Source: Candidatus Latescibacterota bacterium
GTDB lineage: Bacteria > Latescibacterota > UBA2968 > UBA8231
Assembly: GCA_965215195.1 (NCBI GenBank)
Contig: CBDCDC010000002.1
Location: 544,001 to 608,000 of the forward strand
DNA: 64,000 nucleotides
Reading direction: 5' to 3'
Position numbers and translations under genes: made by a program. Below are positions 40,042 to 49,335 of the stretch, in pieces (the stretch's first letter is position 1; every line of letters starts with the position of its first letter). A model generated the notes under the pieces. The model saw only the letters and a list, made by a program, of their open reading frames with translations, was not told the DNA's origin and did not search any database.

Positions 40042-40992
40042 ATGGCAAACAAACCCCTCATCCTAATCACCGGCCCCACCGCCACCGGCAAAACGGAAAT
40101 AGCCCTCGAAGTCGCCCAGCACTTGCCCAACGTGGAAATCGTCTCGGCCGACTCGCGGCAAATCTACCGCTACATGGACATCGGCACGGCCAAGCCAACC
40201 GCTGAGCAGCAAAACCAATGCCCCCATCACTTGCTTGATGTGCTCTCCCCCGAGGAAAGCTACAGCGCAGGAGCGTATGCGCGAGCCGCCCGGCGCATCA
40301 TTGGGCAGATCTGGAACAGAGGCGGCCTGCCCATCGTGGTGGGAGGGACGGGCCTGTACTGGCAGAGTGCGTTAGACGGCTGCTTTGAGGACGAAGCTGA
40401 ATACGCGCCGATCCGCGCTGAATTGCAAAATCGCCTGCATTGCGAGGGGCTTGCCTCCCTATACGAGGAGTTGGGCCGTCGGGATCCGGTGGCGCAGGCG
40501 CGGTTGCAGCCGAGCGACGCGCAGCGGATCCTGCGGGCGTTGGAGGTAGCGCTGGCCGGGAAGGGTACGCTCAGTGCGCTATGGCGACAGCGCAAGGAGC
40601 AGCCCCTTGTGCGGCAGCTGCAGATGATCAGCCTGACCATGGCGCGCAGCCAGCTCTACGAGCGAATCGACCAGCGGGTTGAGCAGATGGTCGAGCGGGG
40701 GTGGGTCGAGGAAGTCCGCGCCTTGCGCGCAATGGGATACGATCCAAGCGACAGTGCCTTGGGGACCTTGGGCTATCTCGAAATGTGCAGCGCACTGACA
40801 GGGCATTGCCCGTGGCAGGAAGCTGTTGAGCGCACCAAACAGCGCACCCGCCACTTGGCCAAACGACAAATGACGTGGTGCCGCCGCGACCGTCGCTTGC
40901 GCGAATTAGACCTCGACGTATGGGGAAAGGCCGGCGTGGTCCAGCGCATCGTCGGCGAGTGGGAGCATAGATGGGGGAGCGGGTCGGGTTGA
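40042..40992 (+). CDS. miaA: tRNA dimethylallyltransferase
   Basis: GPTATGKT, SADSRQIYRYMDIGTAKP, VGGTGLY, RALEV, AKRQMTW. Confidence 0.97.
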   Translation: MANKPLILITGPTATGKTEIALEVAQHLPNVEIVSADSRQIYRYMDIGTAKPTAEQQNQCPHHLLDVLSPEESYSAGAYARAARRIIGQIWNRGGLPIVVGGTGLYWQSALDGCFEDEAEYAPIRAELQNRLHCEGLASLYEELGRRDPVAQARLQPSDAQRILRALEVALAGKGTLSALWRQRKEQPLVRQLQMISLTMARSQLYERIDQRVEQMVERGWVEEVRALRAMGYDPSDSALGTLGYLEMCSALTGHCPWQEAVERTKQRTRHLAKRQMTWCRRDRRLRELDLDVWGKAGVVQRIVGEWEHRWGSGSG

Positions 40993-41017
40993 CAGCGGTT
41001 GGAGCCTCTCCTACCTT
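40989..41017 (+). promoter_or_regulatory. Sigma70-type promoter of tRNA-Gly
   Basis: TTGACA-17 nt-TACCTT. Confidence 0.7.
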
Positions 41018-41033
41018 AATGACCACAAAATTA

Positions 41034-41108
41034 GCGGGAGTAGTTCAGGGGTAGAACGCAAGCTTCCCAAGCTTGATGTCGCGGGTTCGATTCCCGTCTC
41101 CCGCTCCA
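41034..41108 (+). tRNA. tRNA-Gly (CCC)
   Basis: Acceptor GCGGGAG/CTCCCGC, anticodon stem CAAGC/GCTTG with TT-CCC-AA loop, TTCGATT T loop, encoded CCA. Confidence 0.97.
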
Positions 41109-41110
41109 TT

Positions 41111-41148
41111 ATCCGCCTGGCCAACTTGGTCGGGCGGATTTTTTATTT
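41111..41148 (+). terminator. Rho-independent terminator after tRNA
   Basis: ATCCGCCTGGCC-AACTT-GGTCGGGCGGAT followed by a T tract. Confidence 0.8.
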
Positions 41149-41246
41149 AGTCCCAAAGTATTGCTGTCGGCATCATATCCATATACCTTTACCGATAGAA
41201 CATCTTGCCCCACACTATGATACGTAGATTAATTGCTTGATTCACT

Positions 41247-42605
41247 ATGGTTGTCGTAAAACAAATTGAGCCCAACAGCCTCGGGGCCCGCGCGGGATTT
41301 TGCATTGGCGATCGCATTTTGCGCATCAATGGCGAAGAAGTGCGCGATTTGATCGACGTTCAAGTCAGCAGTGCCGAGGAAGTGCTCTGCGTAGAAATCG
41401 AGCGCGGCAAAGACCTATACGAGGCCGAGATTGAGCGCCGGAGCGGCGAGTCCCTAGGGCTGGTCTTCGAGGATATGCGCTTGCGCACCTGCAACAACAA
41501 ATGCGTGTTCTGCTTTATCCACCAAATGCCCAAGGGCATGCGGCGCAGCCTGTATTTTGAGGACGACGATTTTCGGCTCTCCTTTCTCCACGGCTCGTAC
41601 GTGACCTTGACCAATGTCCGCGAAAGCGATATCGACCGCATCATTGAACAAGGGCTAACGCCGCAATACATCTCAGTTCATGCGACCGACCCCGAGCTGA
41701 GGCAAGTCATGCTCGGGCGCACCAAAGCGACCGTCGATATCAACGAGCGCTTGCGCAAATTAGCCGCCAATGGCATTGAAATGCACACTCAGGTCGTGCT
41801 CTGCCCGGGCTGGAACGACGGGCCGCATCTAGAGCGCACGGTGGCCGATCTGTCCGCGTACTATCCCGCAGTGCGCTCGGTGGCACTGGTGCCGGTGGGG
41901 CTGACGGATCATCGGCACAAGCTCGTCCAGCTCAGTCCAGTGACCCCGGCCAAGGCCGCTGAGTACGCGGCCGCAGCCCAAGCGTGGGGCTTGCAATTCA
42001 AAGAGTGCTTTGGCGAGCGCTTCGTCTATGCGGCAGATGAGATCTTTCTGCTGACGGGTCGGCCCCTGCCAGAGGCGTCGTATTACGATGCGTTTCCCCA
42101 GCTAGAAAACGGCATCGGCATGGTCCGTTCTTTCCTCGACACTTGGGACGAGGCCAGCAAGAGGCTGCCAGTGCGCATTCCCAAGGCTGGGCGGATCGGC
42201 CTGCTGACCGGGCGATTGGCCGAACAAATCCTCGTGCCCCTAGTGGCTAGGCTGAATGCCATCGAGAACGTACAGGTCGATCTCCTGCCGGTAGATAATG
42301 ACTTTTTCGGCCGCGGCATCACCGTGTCGGGCCTGCTGACCGGCCGCGATATGGCGGCGAGAGTGCGCGACGGAATCCAGCGGGATTTGGTCTTGCTGCC
42401 GCCCAATTGCATCAATGGCGAGGGCTTGACGCTGGACGACATGACCGTGCCGCAACTGGCGGAAAAGGTCGGCGTGCCCCTCGCGGTAGGGGGGTACGAC
42501 TTGGTCGAATCCCTCGAGCGCTTTTGGACCGATCAGGGCGTGAAGGTACAAGGGGCGGGGCGGCAGCTAACCGAACTGGGTTATTACATAGGGCGCGAAA
42601 AATGA
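41247..42605 (+). CDS. PDZ + DUF512 Fe-S (radical SAM-like) protein
   Basis: CNNKCVFCFIHQMP, DDDFRLSFLHG, QLENGIG, ITVSGLLTG.D; usual neighbour of der. Confidence 0.92.
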   Translation: MVVVKQIEPNSLGARAGFCIGDRILRINGEEVRDLIDVQVSSAEEVLCVEIERGKDLYEAEIERRSGESLGLVFEDMRLRTCNNKCVFCFIHQMPKGMRRSLYFEDDDFRLSFLHGSYVTLTNVRESDIDRIIEQGLTPQYISVHATDPELRQVMLGRTKATVDINERLRKLAANGIEMHTQVVLCPGWNDGPHLERTVADLSAYYPAVRSVALVPVGLTDHRHKLVQLSPVTPAKAAEYAAAAQAWGLQFKECFGERFVYAADEIFLLTGRPLPEASYYDAFPQLENGIGMVRSFLDTWDEASKRLPVRIPKAGRIGLLTGRLAEQILVPLVARLNAIENVQVDLLPVDNDFFGRGITVSGLLTGRDMAARVRDGIQRDLVLLPPNCINGEGLTLDDMTVPQLAEKVGVPLAVGGYDLVESLERFWTDQGVKVQGAGRQLTELGYYIGREK

Positions 42606-43951
42606 GCACCCAAACCAGCCATCGCCGGCCCATCGTGGCGATTGTCGGGCGTCCCAACGTGGGCAAATCGACCCTGTTTAACCGCATCTTGGGGACTCGG
42701 TGGGCCATAACCGACGGCCAGCCCGGGGTCACGCGCGATCAGATATTCGCCGCGGCCGAATGGGCAGGCCGGTCCTTCACCTTGGTCGATACCGGGGGCT
42801 ATATGCCCAGTGCCAAAGACGCGCTAGCCGCGGCCGTGCGCTCCCAAGCGACAAAAGCCCTCGCAGAAGCGGATATAGCGATTTTTCTCTGCGATGGGAC
42901 CACGGGTGTGACCGATCTCGACCAAGAGATGGGGGCCATGCTGCGCAGCCGAGGCGGGAAGTGCTTGCTGGTCGTCAACAAGGTCGATGGGGTGGGGCCG
43001 GTCGCGCCGCTCGACGAATTCTACCGGCTCGGCTTGGGGGAGCCCCTGCCGGTTTCAGCCGTTACCGGGCGGCGTTCCGGTGCCTTGCTCGACGCGCTCA
43101 TTGCGCTCTTCGACGAGGCCGGGGCTTATGAGTCGGAAGGGGACGAGGCGGCGATTCGGGTCGCTTTAGTCGGGCGTCCCAACGTGGGCAAATCCACGCT
43201 GATCAACCGCCTTGCCGGCTATCAGGTTTCCATCGTCCACGACCAGCCCGGTACGACCCGCGACCCAACCCACCTGCGCTTGGCTTGGCAGGATAACCAC
43301 CTGCTGTTCGCGGATACGGCCGGTTTGCGGAGGCGATCTAAGGTCGATGATCCAGTAGAATTCTACAGTACGCGCCGAGCGGCCAACAGCATCGCTCAAG
43401 CCGATGTGGCGGTCGTGCTCCTAGACGGCGCCGAGGGATGGGTCATGCAGGACGCCCGCATCATGGAGCAGGTGATAAAGTCTGGATGCGGCTTGGTGGT
43501 GGCGATCAATAAATGGGATGTAGTCGCCGAGAAAACCGCAGTCGAGTACCGCCGCGAGTTGCGCGACCGCTACCCCTTTTTGCGCGACTATCCGGTGCTG
43601 TGCATATCGGGCTTGACCGGACGGCGGGTCCACAAGTGCCTCGAAGTGGTGACCGCAGTGGGCAACAAGCGCCGGACGCGGATTCCCACTGCGCGCTTGA
43701 ACAAGATCATTCAGCAGATCTCCGGCGAGTACTTGGCGACTCAAGCAGGCCGAGATATCCGCCTACTTTACGCCACCCAACACGCGGTCAACCCGCCGGC
43801 GTTTACGATCTTTACGAATCTGCCCCGCTCCGTGCCGGGGAATTATCGACGCCACATCGAAAATCGACTGAGGTCGGAGTTTGATTTCGAGGGAACGCCT
43901 TTGCGCATCGTCTGGCGTCGTCGCAAAGGACACAGGGAAGTGCGATCGTGA
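42602..43951 (+). CDS. der: Ribosome biogenesis GTPase Der
   Basis: Two GRPNVGKS G-domains, DTGG/DTAG, NKVD/NKWD, FEGTP. Confidence 0.97.
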   Translation: MSTQTSHRRPIVAIVGRPNVGKSTLFNRILGTRWAITDGQPGVTRDQIFAAAEWAGRSFTLVDTGGYMPSAKDALAAAVRSQATKALAEADIAIFLCDGTTGVTDLDQEMGAMLRSRGGKCLLVVNKVDGVGPVAPLDEFYRLGLGEPLPVSAVTGRRSGALLDALIALFDEAGAYESEGDEAAIRVALVGRPNVGKSTLINRLAGYQVSIVHDQPGTTRDPTHLRLAWQDNHLLFADTAGLRRRSKVDDPVEFYSTRRAANSIAQADVAVVLLDGAEGWVMQDARIMEQVIKSGCGLVVAINKWDVVAEKTAVEYRRELRDRYPFLRDYPVLCISGLTGRRVHKCLEVVTAVGNKRRTRIPTARLNKIIQQISGEYLATQAGRDIRLLYATQHAVNPPAFTIFTNLPRSVPGNYRRHIENRLRSEFDFEGTPLRIVWRRRKGHREVRS

Positions 43952-44358
43952 AGAATCCATTGCAAAACAAACTGTATTACAGCATCAGCGAAGTCGCCGA
44001 ACTCACACAGCTACAACCCTATACGCTCAGGGCGTGGGAGAAGGAGTTCGCCTGTTTGCGGCCGCGGCGCGCGCGCGGTGGTAAAAACAGAGCCTACAGG
44101 GAGCGCGATATAGGGATCATCTTGTTGCTCAAACGCCTCCTGTACGAGGAGCGCTACACCACGCAGGGCGTAAAGAAGAAGCTCAAAGACGAGCCCGAGC
44201 TCCTGCGCCAGGTTGGGGAACAAGTCCCCGTTTGGTGTGCGAAACAGCAGGGCCGTCCCGCTTCAGTAGTGGAGCGACCCGCACCGGACCGGGAGGCCGC
44301 ATTCAGGGTGATCGAAGAGGCCAAAAAGGAGCTGCGCGAGATTTTGCGCTTCCTCTAG
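43948..44358 (+). CDS. MerR-family regulator
   Basis: KLYYSISEVA, LRAWEKEF, R.Y...DI, LLYEERYT. Confidence 0.88.
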   Translation: MKNPLQNKLYYSISEVAELTQLQPYTLRAWEKEFACLRPRRARGGKNRAYRERDIGIILLLKRLLYEERYTTQGVKKKLKDEPELLRQVGEQVPVWCAKQQGRPASVVERPAPDREAAFRVIEEAKKELREILRFL

Positions 44359-44427
44359 CGTGGGCATTTGGCGAGGGCTGTTAAGTCGTCTTGCCTAAAT
44401 CAATACAATCCTATATGTTATACTCTC

Positions 44428-44453
44428 AAGTGGGCTATGATGCCCACTTTTTT
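44428..44453 (+). promoter_or_regulatory. rimP leader hairpin (attenuator-like)
   Basis: AAGTGGGC-TATGAT-GCCCACTT followed by T tract, just downstream of TGnTATACT (44416-44424); matches the GGG...CCC-U-rich leader described for rimP operons. Confidence 0.75.
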
Positions 44454-44473
44454 CTTACAGGAGAAAAGCGCGT

Positions 44474-44926
44474 ATTTCCGCGGTAGATAAATTCGCATTA
44501 AAGGCCGATTTAGTAGCTCTTGTCGAACCCATTATCCGCGAGCACGAGGCCGAACTCGTCGATATTGAACTCAGTGGTACCCGAGGCAATCAACTAGTCA
44601 GATTGTTGGTTCACAAAAATTGCGGTATAACACTGGCCACCTGCGAGTCAATCAGCCGCGAAGTGGCCGATCTTTTCGACGTAGAAGATCCCATTGCTGG
44701 ACGGTATCGGCTCGAAGTTACCTCGCCGGGGTTGGACCGGCCCCTAGAGACCGATGGCGATTTTGCCCGCGCCCGTGGCCGCTTGCTCAAAGTCGTGCTC
44801 GCGTCCGGCCGGGTGGTCAAAGGCCGGCTGATCGCTTGGGAAGCCAACCGGATCCAGCTCGACGGTCCAGCCGAGTTCGTGGCGCGGGCCGATATCGCTA
44901 GAGCCAACATCGAACCTGAATTGTAA
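44474..44926 (+). CDS. rimP: Ribosome maturation factor RimP, probable ATT start
   Basis: LVEPII..HEAELVDIEL...C..ISREV...DPI.GRY.LEVTSPGLDRPL; the conserved N-terminus lies upstream of the first TTG. Confidence 0.9.
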   Translation: MSAVDKFALKADLVALVEPIIREHEAELVDIELSGTRGNQLVRLLVHKNCGITLATCESISREVADLFDVEDPIAGRYRLEVTSPGLDRPLETDGDFARARGRLLKVVLASGRVVKGRLIAWEANRIQLDGPAEFVARADIARANIEPEL

Positions 44927-44929
44927 GCA

Positions 44930-46312
44930 GTGAAGGTCGAGCAAAAAATCATGAACAACGCAAACATTGTCGAAGCCTTGGGGCAGATTGCCCGCGAAAA
45001 GAACGTCGACCGGGAACTGGTGGTGCAAACCCTCGCCGACGCCCTGATTTCAGCCGCCAAAAGACACTACGGCAATACCGAAAATTACGAAGTTGACATT
45101 GACGCGGCCCAAGGCAAGATGGCCGTGTACGCCCGCAAGACCGTCGTCGAAGAGGTGGTCGAGCCGTCCATGGAGATTCTCCTCGCCGACGCCCGCGACA
45201 TTGACCCCCATGCCCAACTGGGATCCGTGCTGGTGCAGCAGCTCAATTTCGCCGATTTTGGCCGCAATGCCATACAGACCGCCAAGCAAATTCTCATTCA
45301 GCGGGTGCGCGAAGCCGAGCGCGAGCGGATATACGACGAATTTATCGGCCGAGTCGGCCTCGTCGAATCCGGGACCGTACAGCAGATTAGCCACGGCGAC
45401 ATCATCCTCAACCTCGGCCGGGCCGAGGCGGCCGTTCCATACAAAGAGCAAATCCGCCGCGAGCGCTACCGCCAAGGCGATGTCGTGCGGGGCTATATAT
45501 ACGAGGTCCTCAAGTCGAGCCGAGGGCCTCAGGTCTTGCTCTCCCGCGCTCGGCCCGAATTCCTCAGGAAGCTCTTTGCCACGGAAGTGCCGGAGATAGC
45601 CGAGGGTATCGTCGAGATCCACGGCGTGGTCCGCGAGCCGGGCGAGCGGGCCAAGATCGCGGTCAGCAGCAGCGATGAACGAGTCGATCCGGTGGGGGCC
45701 TGTGTCGGGGTGAAGGGGTCGCGGGTCCAAGCTATCGTCCGAGAGTTGAGCGGCGAGCGCATAGATATCGTCCCTTGGATCGACGAGCCGGATATATTCA
45801 TAAGCCGGGCGCTAAGCCCGGGCACGGTGGTGCGCTGCATCACGGATTCGCGTCGCCGGCACGCCGTCGCGATCGTCGAAGACGAGGAGAAGCGCTCGAA
45901 GGCCATTGGCAAGGGCGGCCAAAATGCCAAACTAGCCAGCCAACTCACCAGTTGGGGTCTCGATATCATCACCGACGAGGAATACCAAAAGCGCCGCGCC
46001 AAGCAGGAGAAGTACCAGCAAGTATTCCGCCAGATCGATGGCATTAGCGAGCTGATTGCCCTGAGTTTGACCACATCCGGTTTCGACTCCATTGCCTCGG
46101 TCGCCGAGGCCGATTTGGAGCTATTGCAGACTGTGCCGGGCCTAGAGCTGGCCGAAACCGCCCACGGGGTAAAGGCAGCAGCAACAGCGTATCTCGCCGA
46201 ACACGGCGAGGTCGAGATCGAGGCATTGGTCGCTGCTGAGAAGGAAGAAGTACTCGCCGCGCCCGCTGCGGGCACGAGTGGAGAAGATGAGGCAGACCAG
46301 AAGGCCGAGTAG
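44930..46312 (+). CDS. nusA: Transcription termination factor NusA
   Basis: FGRNAIQTAKQ, EVPEI, REPGERAK, DPVGACVG, AIGKGGQN; start GTG 44930 or ATG 44951. Confidence 0.97.
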   Translation: MKVEQKIMNNANIVEALGQIAREKNVDRELVVQTLADALISAAKRHYGNTENYEVDIDAAQGKMAVYARKTVVEEVVEPSMEILLADARDIDPHAQLGSVLVQQLNFADFGRNAIQTAKQILIQRVREAERERIYDEFIGRVGLVESGTVQQISHGDIILNLGRAEAAVPYKEQIRRERYRQGDVVRGYIYEVLKSSRGPQVLLSRARPEFLRKLFATEVPEIAEGIVEIHGVVREPGERAKIAVSSSDERVDPVGACVGVKGSRVQAIVRELSGERIDIVPWIDEPDIFISRALSPGTVVRCITDSRRRHAVAIVEDEEKRSKAIGKGGQNAKLASQLTSWGLDIITDEEYQKRRAKQEKYQQVFRQIDGISELIALSLTTSGFDSIASVAEADLELLQTVPGLELAETAHGVKAAATAYLAEHGEVEIEALVAAEKEEVLAAPAAGTSGEDEADQKAE

Positions 46313-46326
46313 CTGAGGGAATAGTT

Positions 46327-48678
46327 TTGGAAAAGCGCCGGGTTTATCAAGTAGCCAAAGAGCAGAAGCTGTCCAGCGATGCGCTCAGATCCATGCTTAA
46401 AGGCATGGGTATGGAAGTCAAAAGCCACATGAGCGTAGTTACGCCCGAGATGCTGGAGGCCATCAACCGCAAGCTAGCTGAAGAGAAGAAGAGCTCGATA
46501 GAGGAAGTAAAGCGGCAGAAGGCCAAAGAGGCCAGCCGCAAACAGGCCGATGGCTCCCGGCCCGAGCGCCGCCGCGAAAAGGGGCCGGGGATCCGCAAGA
46601 AGAGCACCGGGGAACGCGTCGCGCCGCTGCCCGACAAGGCCGAGGGAGGTCGTCGTCGCGGCCGCCGCCGCGGCAAAGGCCAGGAAGGCTTGGAAAGCAT
46701 CCGCGAGGAATTGGGCGAAAAACGGGAAGTAACTGCTCAGGCCAATTTGTCTGGAGCGCCTACAAAGCGCCGGCGGGGGAGGGGGAAGCGGCGCAAAGGG
46801 ACACCAGACGCCAAGGCAGTCCAAGAAAGCGTGCGGCGGACCTTGAGTCAGCTCAACGAAGGTCGGGTGCGCCGCCGCTATGAGCGCGGGCCGCGCGAAG
46901 ACGGTGCCGGGGAAGATGGCGAGATCCGCCAGATCAAGATCAGCGAGTTTATCACGCTCGGCGAATTTGCCGAACAACTCGGCGTCAAGGTCAGCGAAGT
47001 AATCGCCCTGTGTTTGCAGATGGGTGCCATGGCGACCATTAACCAGCGCCTCGATATGGACACCATGCAGACGCTGGCCGACGAGTTGGGCTTTGAAGTG
47101 GTCCCGCTGGAGGCCGAAGAAGTCGAGCTGGATGAGATCGTCGAGGAGGAAGAAATCGGCGAGCCCGAGCCGCGTCCGCCGGTCATCACCGTCATGGGCC
47201 ACGTCGATCACGGCAAAACCTCTTTGCTCGACTACTTGCGCGAAAGCAAGGTGGCCGAGGGCGAGTCTGGAGGCATTACTCAGCACATCGGGGCGTACGT
47301 GATCAACATGGAAGACGGTCGCGGCGTGACATTCCTCGACACCCCAGGGCACGCGGCCTTTACGGCGATGCGGGCTCGCGGTTCAAGGGTAACTGACGTC
47401 GTGATCTTGGTCGTAGCAGCCGACGACAGCGTCATGCCGCAAACCATTGAAGCGATTGACCACGCCAAGGCAGCGCAGGTTCCCTTAGTCGTCGCGATTA
47501 ATAAAATAGACTTACCTACGGCCGACCCAGATAAGATCAAGCGAGAGTTGGCAGAAAGGGGGGTCTTAGTCGAAGAGTGGGGAGGCCAAGTTCCCTGTGC
47601 TGAAATTTCCGCCAAGAACGGACAGGGCATAGACCACTTGCTGGAAGTTCTCCTCATCGAGGCCGAGTTGCTCGAATTGCAGGCCAATCCCTACAAGAAA
47701 GCCCGCGGGACGATCGTTGAGGCCCACCTCGACAAGGGGCGGGGCCCTGTGGCTACGGTCTTGGTGCAAGAGGGGACGCTGTGCGTCGGTGAGCCTTTTA
47801 TCACCGGAGTCTATAGCGGCAGGATTCGCGCCCTGCTTGACGAGCACGGCCAGCGCGTCCAAGAAGCGAAACCCTCGGTGCCCGTCCAAGTGCTCGGGTT
47901 GCCCGGGGTCCCGCAAGCTGGGGATGTTTTCGCGGTTGCCAATTCCGAGCGCGAAGCCAAGGACCTGAGCCAGCGGCGGCAGCTCATCAAGCGCGAGCAG
48001 GATCACCGCAAGCTGCGCACGGTCACGCTCAGCGATTTACACGATCAGATCCAGCAGGGCCACATCCAAGAATTGCGGTTGGTGGTCAAAGGCGATGTCG
48101 ATGGATCGGTCGAGGCCATAGCCGAAGAGTTGGGCCGCATAACCCACGAAGAAGTGCGGGTCAACGTCATTCACAGCGCGGTGGGGGCCATCTCGGAATC
48201 AGACGTGCTGTTGGCGGCGGCCTCTAACGCCATTTTGCTCGGTTTCCACGTAAGCACCCAACCCTCTGCCCGCGACCTCGCCGCACAGGAAGGCGTGGAA
48301 ATTCGCAACTACCGGATCATCTACGAGGTCATCGAGGATGTGCGGGCCGCCTTGGCTGGCCTCTTGGCCCCAACGACCGAAGAACAGGTGGTCGGCCGGG
48401 CCGAAATCCGCCAAATTTTTACTTCGTCCCGCATGGGGACGATCGGCGGTTGCTTGGTGCAAGACGGCACCATTGCCCGCAGCAATCAGGTGCGGATTGT
48501 GCGCGGAGACCAAGTCGTCTTTACCGGGGAGCTTACCTCGTTGCGGCGATTCAAGGACGACGTGCGGGAGGTCGCCGAGGGATTCGAGTGCGGCATGGGG
48601 TTTGCGGGGTTCGACGACATCGCAGAAGGCGACATCGTCGAGTCTCTGGTTATGGTCGAGACCGAGCGGACGCTCTAG
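46327..48678 (+). CDS. infB: Translation initiation factor IF-2
   Basis: MGHVDHGKT, GGITQHIG, DTPGH, NKID, SLRRFKDDV. Confidence 0.98.
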   Translation: MEKRRVYQVAKEQKLSSDALRSMLKGMGMEVKSHMSVVTPEMLEAINRKLAEEKKSSIEEVKRQKAKEASRKQADGSRPERRREKGPGIRKKSTGERVAPLPDKAEGGRRRGRRRGKGQEGLESIREELGEKREVTAQANLSGAPTKRRRGRGKRRKGTPDAKAVQESVRRTLSQLNEGRVRRRYERGPREDGAGEDGEIRQIKISEFITLGEFAEQLGVKVSEVIALCLQMGAMATINQRLDMDTMQTLADELGFEVVPLEAEEVELDEIVEEEEIGEPEPRPPVITVMGHVDHGKTSLLDYLRESKVAEGESGGITQHIGAYVINMEDGRGVTFLDTPGHAAFTAMRARGSRVTDVVILVVAADDSVMPQTIEAIDHAKAAQVPLVVAINKIDLPTADPDKIKRELAERGVLVEEWGGQVPCAEISAKNGQGIDHLLEVLLIEAELLELQANPYKKARGTIVEAHLDKGRGPVATVLVQEGTLCVGEPFITGVYSGRIRALLDEHGQRVQEAKPSVPVQVLGLPGVPQAGDVFAVANSEREAKDLSQRRQLIKREQDHRKLRTVTLSDLHDQIQQGHIQELRLVVKGDVDGSVEAIAEELGRITHEEVRVNVIHSAVGAISESDVLLAAASNAILLGFHVSTQPSARDLAAQEGVEIRNYRIIYEVIEDVRAALAGLLAPTTEEQVVGRAEIRQIFTSSRMGTIGGCLVQDGTIARSNQVRIVRGDQVVFTGELTSLRRFKDDVREVAEGFECGMGFAGFDDIAEGDIVESLVMVETERTL

Positions 48679-48694
48679 GGGCGGTTGACCTGTT

Positions 48695-48976
48695 TTGATC
48701 GTTATGAGTTGTGCGGTGCAAATCTATATCGGCGATAGCCATTCGCTCAAAGACAAGCGGCAAGTTCTCAACAGCCTCAAGGGGCGCATCCGCAACCGCT
48801 TTAACGCGGCCGTAGCCGAAGTAGATGACCACGCGCTTTGGCAGCGGGCGGTGTTGGGGGTTGCCGTGGTGAGTTCGGCCGTTGAACACTGCGACGAGAT
48901 GCTGACCAAAATCGTCAACTTCGTCGAAGGCGATCCCCGAGTGCATATCCTCGACTACCAAATGGAAGTACACTGA
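48695..48976 (+). CDS. DUF503 (YlxP-like) protein
   Basis: SLKDKR.V..SL..RIRNRFN..VAE; position between infB and rbfA. Confidence 0.88.
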   Translation: MIVMSCAVQIYIGDSHSLKDKRQVLNSLKGRIRNRFNAAVAEVDDHALWQRAVLGVAVVSSAVEHCDEMLTKIVNFVEGDPRVHILDYQMEVH

Positions 48977-48981
48977 GGCAA

Positions 48982-49335
48982 GTGGCCTCCCCGCAACGAA
49001 TTAGCCGAGTGCGCGGGCAGTTGCTGCGCGAGCTGACCGACATCGTAGGGCGGATGAAGGATCCGCGGCTGCGGCTGGTCCAAATCGTCGATGTGGAACT
49101 CTCCGCCGACATGAGCTATGCCACGATCTTTGTCAGTACGCTCGGCAACGCAGCCGACAAAAAGCAGGTACTCCAAGGAATGCACCGAGGCTTGGGTTTT
49201 ATGCGCCGAGAAATCGCCCAGCGCATGCGCTTGCGCTACGCACCCTATCTGCGGGTTGCATACGACGATACCACCGAGCGCGCCGTGCGCGTTACGGCCC
49301 TGATCGATAGCCTCGGTGGATCGCAGCATGGCTGA
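48982..49335 (+). CDS. rbfA: Ribosome-binding factor A
   Basis: KDPR, V.LS.DMSYA, LRYAP.L...D. Confidence 0.93.
   Translation: MASPQRISRVRGQLLRELTDIVGRMKDPRLRLVQIVDVELSADMSYATIFVSTLGNAADKKQVLQGMHRGLGFMRREIAQRMRLRYAPYLRVAYDDTTERAVRVTALIDSLGGSQHG

Noticed and set aside
41034-41148. tRNA-Gly as an island attachment site
   Set aside because: Flanked by core genes and its own terminator; no duplicated tRNA 3' end or adjacent integrase seen
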